From the NCBI GenBank assembly GCA_964617735.1, contig CAZTXT010000001.1, positions 331,589-395,588 of the forward strand: a DNA stretch of 64,000 nucleotides, read 5' to 3'. The stretch is from an uncultured Candidatus Saccharibacteria bacterium. GTDB taxonomy: Bacteria > Patescibacteriota > Minisyncoccia > Phycocordibacterales > DSPV01. The notes below the pieces were generated by a model. It made no database searches and was not told the origin of the DNA. It saw only the letters and a program-made list of their open reading frames with translations. Made by a program: the position numbers and the translations under genes. This document shows, piece by piece, positions 11,346-18,555 of this stretch. The number at the start of each line of letters is the position of its first letter. Within the stretch, counting starts at the first letter, position 1.

Positions 11346-11409
11346 CCGGTGATGCGCTGCGGAGGGCTAAGTTGGCTTCGCTCGTAGGTTAGGAGTAATG
11401 TGAAAGTCT

Positions 11410-13338
11410 ATGGCATGGGACGACGGTTTAAGCGCAGGAACATCGGCGCATCGGATTGCGGGATCAACCCATCGGCGTATTCGGGTTTTAGCGGGTCCTG
11501 GCACGGGTAAATCCTTCGCAATGAAGCGACGTGTGGCTCGCATACTTGAAGTTGAAGGCATCGATCCTACGCAGGTGCTCGCAGTAACCTTTACACGAGT
11601 TGCTGCTGAAGATATTCAGCGTGAACTTCTGTCCTTGGGTGTGACGGGCGCTGACAGGTTGAAAGCAAAGACACTCCACAGTCTGGCGATGTCGATACTC
11701 ATGCGTAATCATGTGCTTACCGCCTTAGGTCGAGTACCAAGACCTCTCAACAAATATGAACTTGAGCCATTATTGGCAGATTTGAGTAATACACACGGAA
11801 ACAAGCGTGAGCGTAAGCGTTTGATTAGGGCTTACTCTGCCGCATGGGCACGCCTACAAACTCAGGAGCCTGGGTATACTCGCTCTCCAGCAGAACAATC
11901 TTTTGTGGACGATTTGGTTGCCTGGTTACGTTTTCACAAAGCGATGCTCGTCGATGAATTGATACCGCATCTGTACCAATACTTACGAAATAATCCGGGG
12001 GCTCCAGAAAGAAACGAATTTCGACACCTGTTGGTTGATGAATATCAAGATCTAAATCGTGCTGAACAAGACGCCCTCCATTTTCTTGGGGAGAGCGGCT
12101 CTCTTTGCGTTATTGGTGACGACGATCAATCTATTTATAGCTTCAAACACGCACACCCTGAAGGTATTCGTGATTGGAGCACGGTGCACGCGGCAGACGA
12201 TCATGCAATAGAAGAGTGTCGAAGGTGTCCGACCACTGTCGTACGAATGGCGAACGCCCTCATAGCGCGGAACACTGATCGAATTGTGGGCCGTCTGATG
12301 ACCGAGAGACCAGAAAATGGCTCGGGTGAAGTTGTAATACGCCAATACCGGAGTGCCACACAGGAAACGGAGGCAGTTGCCGAAAGAATATCAGCGTTGA
12401 TAGCAAGTGGTATTGCGCCGAGCGAGATTATTGTTCTCACTCAACGCGAAGCATTTGCTACACCAATTTTTGATCAACTGAGAACGAAAAATATCCCAAC
12501 AAAATCCTATTACGCCGAATCGAGCCTCGACACATTGGAGGCCCAGGAGCGCTTCGCGACCCTAAAGCTCCTTTTGGATAACGAGGATCGAATCGCTTTA
12601 CGTTGGCTCCTTGGCTATGGGGCGGCGGATTGGAGAACGAATGCGTATCGACGTTTAATGAATTACGTAAGAGCAAATCACACATCTCCTTGGAATGCCT
12701 TAAATGCGCTGGTGGCAGGTACCGTCAGTGTTCCTTATACAGGCGCTCTCGTGAGTCGATTCAACGTAATCAAAGCTGAACTAGACTCGTTGCAGGGCGC
12801 GGCAAATCTGGATGAATTCATTTCGCGCTGGCTTCCAGAAAACCCCAATACCGCACTTCTCAGTGAAGCTGTCACTCAAAGCAAAGAAGGACTTGAAACT
12901 TCTCAAGAACTTTACGACGCCTTATACGAAGCGATCACGCACCCAGAAATACCATCTGAAGTTTCGGAAGTAAGGATAATGAGTCTACATAAAAGTAAGG
13001 GTCTGAGTGCCCCGTTCGTATTCATTGTTGGCTGCGTTGAGGGCCTCTTACCCGCATCGGCCGATCCGGATCTAACCGAGGACGAGCAAGCCGCAAAACT
13101 CGAAGAGGATCGGCGGCTATTTTATGTCGGAATTACCCGAGTCAAAGCCGACCCTACGGCAAATATAGTAGGGTATTTGGCCCTGACCTATGCCCGTACT
13201 ATGCCTGCGGCCGAAGCATATGTTAGTCAAATTACACCCTCTCAAACCGTAGGAGGAATGGCATATTTGCAGCCGACTCGGTTCATTGCAGAAATGGCTC
13301 CTCACGCCCCTGTGGCACAGACCAACACCCCTCTCTAA
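11410..13338 (+). CDS. UvrD/Rep-like superfamily 1 DNA helicase (short form)
   Basis: Walker A 'VLAGPGTGKS', motif II 'LLVDEYQDLN', 'VLAVTFTRVAAEDIQ', C-terminal 'IMSLHKSKGLSAPFVFIVGC' UvrD_C motif. Confidence 0.8.
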   Translation: MAWDDGLSAGTSAHRIAGSTHRRIRVLAGPGTGKSFAMKRRVARILEVEGIDPTQVLAVTFTRVAAEDIQRELLSLGVTGADRLKAKTLHSLAMSILMRNHVLTALGRVPRPLNKYELEPLLADLSNTHGNKRERKRLIRAYSAAWARLQTQEPGYTRSPAEQSFVDDLVAWLRFHKAMLVDELIPHLYQYLRNNPGAPERNEFRHLLVDEYQDLNRAEQDALHFLGESGSLCVIGDDDQSIYSFKHAHPEGIRDWSTVHAADDHAIEECRRCPTTVVRMANALIARNTDRIVGRLMTERPENGSGEVVIRQYRSATQETEAVAERISALIASGIAPSEIIVLTQREAFATPIFDQLRTKNIPTKSYYAESSLDTLEAQERFATLKLLLDNEDRIALRWLLGYGAADWRTNAYRRLMNYVRANHTSPWNALNALVAGTVSVPYTGALVSRFNVIKAELDSLQGAANLDEFISRWLPENPNTALLSEAVTQSKEGLETSQELYDALYEAITHPEIPSEVSEVRIMSLHKSKGLSAPFVFIVGCVEGLLPASADPDLTEDEQAAKLEEDRRLFYVGITRVKADPTANIVGYLALTYARTMPAAEAYVSQITPSQTVGGMAYLQPTRFIAEMAPHAPVAQTNTPL

Positions 13339-14511
13339 TTGTCTATGAGTAAGGATGATTATTTCTACCAACACTTGCAGAAAAATACCCTAAAAGATAA
13401 GGATGTTTTTTTGTGGGCGGCTTTAAACATTGAAAATAGCTTTTCGGGGCGGGTTGATATTCTTACGACCGGGCTACACCGATTCTTTTTAGAATCATCG
13501 AAGTTAATACTGAATGCGATTAAGCTTTACGAAGAGGGGTTTTTTGATGCCGCCTTCTACAGCACACGCTCTGCCCTTGAACTCGCGAGAGTTGTTACAT
13601 ATTTCTCAAATGAGAATGAACTTCAGGATAGTGAGGAATATAAAAATTGGAGAAAAGGTGGAAAATTCCCTTTTGATGCAGCAATAAGAAAACAACTGGA
13701 AGCAAGTGGAAGTGTGTACACAGAGGTACACACAACATTGAAGGATTTCTTTGACGAGCAGAAGGATCGACTTTCATCCGTTCAAAAATATATACACAAG
13801 CAAGGTTATAGGACCTTTTATGAAAGAGGATTTACGAATCCAGAAAGGGATAAACAACGGCAGGAAGTAATTGCCGATGATTTCTACCAGTTTCTTAAGG
13901 GGACGTTGGCTGAAGTAGCTTTTCTACGTTTATGTATTGATCCGTTCCCAATCCTCTTACGTGATAGTCAGGTAATGTATAAAATTCATTTTCAAGGAAT
14001 GACGGAGCCTTTTAGTGACGATTTTGTTACTAAAATTATTGGAGAAAATAAAATCAAACTGTACCGTTCAACCGAATTTTACGTCTCGCATCTAAATTAT
14101 TTTAGCGACAACGAAGAACTTACCGAAGAGATGTATACATTGGTTAATAACCAATACTACGATAGAAAAACCTGGTCGATTATTCAACCGCAAGTACATT
14201 TACTTTCCAAAAACGACACCGCTGCAGTCAACATATTTAATATCTCAAATAAGATTGCGAAAATATATATGTTTGGCGGGTTTGTTTGGTACTTCAGTGA
14301 TGTTAATTCACCTGGAGACCATACAGGATTTTCTTCAGAAGACTTATTGAGGGTAAAAGAGTCAGAGATAAAAACTAACTCAAAATACAAAGAATCCTAC
14401 ATGTCTTATTTCAACTTCGACGACGATGGTTTATGGGTTGAGCACAACGAGCCGCTAAACAAACCTGAGATCATTGAAATCGAGAAAGTACTCAATCCTA
14501 AGGTTCAATAG
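13339..14511 (+). CDS. Hypothetical 390-aa protein, translationally coupled to the helicase, AT-rich
   Basis: The TTG/ATG start abuts the helicase stop (TAA at 13336-13338). Codon composition differs markedly from the flanking genes. No motif recognised. Confidence 0.55.
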   Translation: MSMSKDDYFYQHLQKNTLKDKDVFLWAALNIENSFSGRVDILTTGLHRFFLESSKLILNAIKLYEEGFFDAAFYSTRSALELARVVTYFSNENELQDSEEYKNWRKGGKFPFDAAIRKQLEASGSVYTEVHTTLKDFFDEQKDRLSSVQKYIHKQGYRTFYERGFTNPERDKQRQEVIADDFYQFLKGTLAEVAFLRLCIDPFPILLRDSQVMYKIHFQGMTEPFSDDFVTKIIGENKIKLYRSTEFYVSHLNYFSDNEELTEEMYTLVNNQYYDRKTWSIIQPQVHLLSKNDTAAVNIFNISNKIAKIYMFGGFVWYFSDVNSPGDHTGFSSEDLLRVKESEIKTNSKYKESYMSYFNFDDDGLWVEHNEPLNKPEIIEIEKVLNPKVQ

Positions 14512-14794
14512 TTACACTACCTTTTGTAATTTTAATCCTGGACTTAAAACACCCCATAAGTTCACGTTTCTCCGCTCCCGTACCTTCTTTCAGAATGTAT
14601 TTCGCGTAGGTCCGTTGATCAACTTCCTCATGTTTCGTCTTGGCTCCGGAGAACCCTAGTACGCTTCGTTGAAACTTGTTGAATCGTTGTAGTTCTTCCT
14701 CGAACTTGTATCTGATGCCCAGCTCGTTGAAATCGACCTTATCCAAGTTTACGTACGAAAGGAAGCCGTGTTTTCGGTTCAAACTTCGGGACAT
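14498..14794 (-). CDS. Hypothetical small protein (about 99 aa) convergent on the helicase operon
   Basis: Internal Met with an upstream purine-rich stretch. The longer ORF reads through repeat B2, so the short form is preferred. Confidence 0.25.
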   Translation of the reverse strand: MSRSLNRKHGFLSYVNLDKVDFNELGIRYKFEEELQRFNKFQRSVLGFSGAKTKHEEVDQRTYAKYILKEGTGAEKRELMGCFKSRIKITKGSVTIEP

Positions 14795-14962
14795 CGTCCC
14801 CGTATTTGCAAAATTGATAGCTTTTGCTATCTCATTTTGCAAACAAGTTGAGGAAGCGGAGCTTCCGTGAGATTCGAACAGCGGAGCGGTGTTTCGCCAG
14901 CAGGCGAAACCGCGAGCTGGTGCCCAGACCGAGCCGAGTGACGACGAGGCGAGAGTTGCGGG

Positions 14963-15019
14963 CGAATCTCTCCTCCTCCGCCCGAAGAAGAAAGTATCGG
15001 AGATATGCGGACGCATAGC
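14963..15019 (+). repeat. Direct repeat B2 (contains an 18-bp copy of the tRNA-Ser 3' end)
   Basis: See B1. Confidence 0.8.
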
Positions 15020-15102
15020 AGCGAGAGGCGTTATGGGTCGGTTCTTGTACATAGAAGTTCAGCCAGCTTGAGAAAGCTTCGTACTAAATGTAATAATTAC
15101 GC

Positions 15103-15526
15103 TATGGCAACAATCAATCCCTACATTAACTTCAATGGAAATGCTGAAGAAGCATTTAATTTCTACAAGTCAGTATTTGGCGGAGAGTTTACGAATATCA
15201 TTCGCTTCAAAGAACTCTCAAGCCCTGAGTTCCCGGTAGCGGCGAATGAAGCGGATAAGATCATGCGCATCGAGTTGCCGATCGGCAAAAACGTTTTGAT
15301 CGCGAATGATGTCCCGGAAAGCATGGGACGAGTGAACGAGAATGAAAACAGATCCAAGATAGCGATTATTACAGAAACTAAAGAAGAAGCCGATAAACTC
15401 TTCAAAGGTCTTTCGGAAGGGGGCAGCGTTGAAATGCCTATGGATGAAAGTCCTTGGGGTACCTATTTTGCCATGTTCAGGGATAAGTATGGCATCGAAT
15501 GGACAGTGGAGTTTAAACGAAACTAA
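15103..15526 (+). CDS. VOC/glyoxalase-fold protein (PhnB-like)
   Basis: 'MATINPYINFNGNAEEAFNFYKSVFGG' is a typical PhnB/3-demethylubiquinone MTase-like VOC N-terminus. Lies between repeat B2 and the outer repeat A'. Confidence 0.55.
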
Positions 15527-15652
15527 TGGCTAACGGCAAGATGTGATTTTGAGAATACCTTTTGGTAGTTGAGGAAGCAAGAAAATCTATTTTCTTAGAG
15601 AGCATGCTTGGTACAAGATTCGATATTCCAAGAAGTGTGCTAGAATACCATT

Positions 15653-16057
15653 ATGAAAAAACCGAGCAAAGAAGAACTGAAGAAAAAACTTTCCGAAGAG
15701 GCCTATCAGGTTACGCAAGAGAAGGGGACTGAAGCGCCCTTCAGCGGGCAATACTGGAATAATCACGATAGGGGTATGTATCGGTGCGTTGTCTGCGGTA
15801 CTGAACTCTTTTCTTCAGATGCGAAATTCGATTCCGGAACAGGGTGGCCGTCATTCACCGATCCGATGAATCTCGAACATGTAGAACTCAAACCTGACAC
15901 TAGTCACGGCATGTTGCGAACCGAAGTCGTGTGCAGAAACTGTGGCGCGCACCTCGGCCATGTCTTTGATGATGGACCGGCGGAGAAGGGAGGAAAACGC
16001 TATTGCATCAATTCTGTCTGTTTGGAATTTGAAAAAGGAGACGAAGCGAAGCACTAA
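15653..16057 (+). CDS. msrB: Peptide-methionine (R)-S-oxide reductase MsrB
   Basis: 'YRCVVCGTELFSSDAKFDSGTGWPSF' and 'CRNCGAHLGHVFDDGP' motifs, 134 aa. Confidence 0.9.
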   Translation: MKKPSKEELKKKLSEEAYQVTQEKGTEAPFSGQYWNNHDRGMYRCVVCGTELFSSDAKFDSGTGWPSFTDPMNLEHVELKPDTSHGMLRTEVVCRNCGAHLGHVFDDGPAEKGGKRYCINSVCLEFEKGDEAKH

Positions 16058-16121
16058 GAGGTTTTGTTCTTGTCCTGTTGTCAAGCCGCAGTCGCGGCCG
16101 CCGTTGTGTTAGAATTTCGTC

Positions 16122-17066
16122 ATGCGACCCTCATCGATCTTAGTCACCGGCTCCGCCGGTTTTATCGGCGGGAATTTCGTGCGCGTCTTTAAGCGCGAGT
16201 TCCCGCAGACAGCGCTGGTCGGTCTCGACATCAGGGAGAGCAAGAACGGCGAATCGGTTTTTTATCGCGGCTCGATCACCGACCCCAAACTTCTCGATGC
16301 GATCTTTACGCAGCATAAGCCGGAATACGTCTTTCACTTCGCAGCCATACCGCGCGTAACATATTCGGTCTTGCACCTTTCGGAGACGACCGAGGTGAAT
16401 GTTTACGGCACCACGGTGCTTTTAGAAAAGTCTCGGGATCATGGCGTCAAGCGATTCATCTTTTCATCGTCGTCATCCGTGTATGGCGGTGCAAAGAAAT
16501 TGCCGACCAAAGAGAGCGAGAATCCTCCCAATCCGCAGTCGCCGTATGCCGCACATAAATATGTGTGTGAGATTTTCTGCCGGCAGGCAGCCAAGCTCTA
16601 CGGAATGGACGCTCTCTCCCTGCGCTACTTCAATGTCTACGGGCCGGGTCAGTACGGGAACGCGCCGTACTCGACGGTGATCTCCGCGTGGCTCGAAGCG
16701 CTCTATTTTCCAAATGGTGAGAAACCCTACCTTGAGGGAGATGGTGACCAGTCGAGAGACTTCTCTTATGTTGATGATGTGGTGGCGGCTAATATCGCTG
16801 CGATGCGCTCTGAAAAGAGATTTGATGGGGATGTCTTCAATATCGGTGCCCAATCGCGCACCGATCTGCGCACCGTCAAACGATTGATCGAGCAGCATAC
16901 CGGGAAAACGCTCGATCTAGACCTCCGGCCGCCGCGGATAGGTGATGTGCAGCATACGTTTGCCGATATATCCAAAGCCTCGGAGCGATTCGGCTTTAAG
17001 CCAGCCTTTTCCTTCGAAGCGGGCCTCTCCCGGACAGTGGATTGGTTTAAAAACAGAACCCGTTAG
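16122..17066 (+). CDS. NAD-dependent epimerase/dehydratase (SDR family)
   Basis: 'ILVTGSAGFIGGNFV' Rossmann motif and a YxxxK catalytic pair. Confidence 0.8.
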   Translation: MRPSSILVTGSAGFIGGNFVRVFKREFPQTALVGLDIRESKNGESVFYRGSITDPKLLDAIFTQHKPEYVFHFAAIPRVTYSVLHLSETTEVNVYGTTVLLEKSRDHGVKRFIFSSSSSVYGGAKKLPTKESENPPNPQSPYAAHKYVCEIFCRQAAKLYGMDALSLRYFNVYGPGQYGNAPYSTVISAWLEALYFPNGEKPYLEGDGDQSRDFSYVDDVVAANIAAMRSEKRFDGDVFNIGAQSRTDLRTVKRLIEQHTGKTLDLDLRPPRIGDVQHTFADISKASERFGFKPAFSFEAGLSRTVDWFKNRTR

Positions 17067-17075
17067 CCATTTTCC

Positions 17076-17864
17076 ATGAACACCGAAACATTCGATCCAT
17101 CGGCGTATGTTAGGGAGAATTCCCGGCCTCTCTCCCTAACCCATAAAGGCCCGATCGGCCTGCGTTTGCGCTGTATCGACGATCGCGCGTCCGACTCGGA
17201 CGATTGCGACCGGCCGATAGCCATTCCGGGCGGCGGTTTGGGGCTCGTGATGGATGTGCTGGGAGCCTGTACGCTGCTACGACGCGCCGGCAAACACGTT
17301 TCTATCGAACCAAAAGAGGCGATAGCATTGGTCGAGCGCGCTATCGGATCCATCAACTTCCATACAGATGAAAAGAGCGTGCAGAATCATGGCGTCGTGT
17401 GCGGCGGGTGCGGTCACTGCAATGGAGCGCTCGTCGATCCCGTCAAATATCTGCTTTCGGAATCGGACGCGAGATTTTTTATGGAGAGCGGACTCGCCGA
17501 GCTCAAAGAAAAATTGAAAGCATCGGGTATCAAGCCGACAGTCTACACCGGAGCGCATGCGGCGGCGGGTGTGATGGTGGTGATGGGCGAGGATGTCGAT
17601 CTTCCCTCTGTCGGAGTGTCGGGCGAGCATGTGTATGTGTACCACCAAGATCTTCACCAGATGATCTTGAAACTGATCGCGCATGAGTTGCATCGGTCGC
17701 TTGCACATCATTCTCAACGTTTGAGCGAACAAGAATTAGAAACGGCGCTTGTGCAATCCGCACAACAGCGGCTTGCGGTCACACTCGAGAAACTCGCGAA
17801 AGATCTCCCGCAGTTTCTGGTGCACCGGAAGCCGGAGCTTGTTGTAACTACTCTCTCGCGATGA
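17076..17864 (+). CDS. Hypothetical Cys/His-motif protein ('CIDDR'...'HGVVCGGCGHC'), possibly beta-carbonic-anhydrase-like
   Basis: Motifs seen by eye only. Operonic with the epimerase and DUF192 genes. Confidence 0.45.
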   Translation: MNTETFDPSAYVRENSRPLSLTHKGPIGLRLRCIDDRASDSDDCDRPIAIPGGGLGLVMDVLGACTLLRRAGKHVSIEPKEAIALVERAIGSINFHTDEKSVQNHGVVCGGCGHCNGALVDPVKYLLSESDARFFMESGLAELKEKLKASGIKPTVYTGAHAAAGVMVVMGEDVDLPSVGVSGEHVYVYHQDLHQMILKLIAHELHRSLAHHSQRLSEQELETALVQSAQQRLAVTLEKLAKDLPQFLVHRKPELVVTTLSR

Positions 17865-18337
17865 CTTCACGCATTTTTAAAGTCGTTCTACTTATAGGTG
17901 TGCTCACGACCGTCTTTTTATTTCTGTGGCCCCGTCCTATTCAGGCTCCGGTGACCTCTCCACTGCCCCCTACAGAGCCCGAAAAGGTAGAGATTTCCTT
18001 TAAAAATAGACAGGTTCAAGCGGAAATCGCCTCGACGACCCCCGAACTGGTGAGAGGTCTTAGCGGAAGGGATGCGCTTGCCCCTGATACGGGCATGTGG
18101 TTTGAATTCGGGTGGAAAAATAAGTGGGGAATTTGGATGAAAGAGATGCGATTCCCCATCGACATCATCTGGTTCGACGAAAATCTTTCTGTCGTGACCG
18201 TTGCCGAGAAAATTTCTCCCCAAACGTATCCGAAAATCTTTTATCCGACGAACGATGCGCGATTCGTACTCGAAGTGCCCTCCGGATTTGTGGAAAACTC
18301 GGGTTTGAAGGTGGGCGACAGCGTTTCGATGCGCTAA
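17861..18337 (+). CDS. DUF192 family protein
   Basis: N-terminal TM segment and the 'MWFEFGW...MKEMRFPIDIIWFDENLSVV' DUF192 signature. ATGA overlap with the upstream ORF. Confidence 0.6.
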   Translation: MTSRIFKVVLLIGVLTTVFLFLWPRPIQAPVTSPLPPTEPEKVEISFKNRQVQAEIASTTPELVRGLSGRDALAPDTGMWFEFGWKNKWGIWMKEMRFPIDIIWFDENLSVVTVAEKISPQTYPKIFYPTNDARFVLEVPSGFVENSGLKVGDSVSMR

Positions 18338-18555
18338 AAATCTTTCTTCTTTCCAGAAAAAATATTTTTCGGTGGCAAAGCGCGCTTCTACTTGCGTTTC
18401 TTTTACCGAAGCTCTTTACATGATCGTGTTTTCGTTACCTTCATTGTTTTTAGGTCGGTTTCCCACTTTCATTCCATTCGCTGTGCGCTAAAATAGTAGA
18501 GCAAATTCTTTTTTTCTAAATCGTTTTCATTCTCAAGAAATATTTTCTCTGATCC

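Larger units (their letters stand above)
11102..15567. mobile_element. tRNA-Ser-adjacent genomic islet bounded by 27-bp direct repeats, with inner 57-bp direct repeats that each carry a copy of the tRNA-Ser 3' end
   Basis: Outer direct repeat 'atgYgattttgagaataccttttggta' at 11102-11128 and 15541-15567. Inner direct repeat 'cgaatctctcctcctccgccYgaagaagaaagtatcggagRtatgcg..' at 11289-11345 and 14963-15019. Cargo genes have distinct AT-rich composition. No integrase was found. Confidence 0.5.

Noticed and set aside
11151-11387. 78-aa ORF, and the similar 14889..15071 ORF, reading through the B1/B2 repeats
   Set aside because: Both run through the repeat copies in different frames and have GC-rich low-complexity translations ('ISPPPPEEESIGG' vs 'LLLRPKKKVSEICG'). 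They are more likely non-coding att or repeat sequence.
14860-14962. Possible tRNA-like or tmRNA fragment suggested by the 'GAGATTCGAA' T-loop-like motif
   Set aside because: No acceptor, D or anticodon arm can be folded on either strand. Only the short motif is shared.
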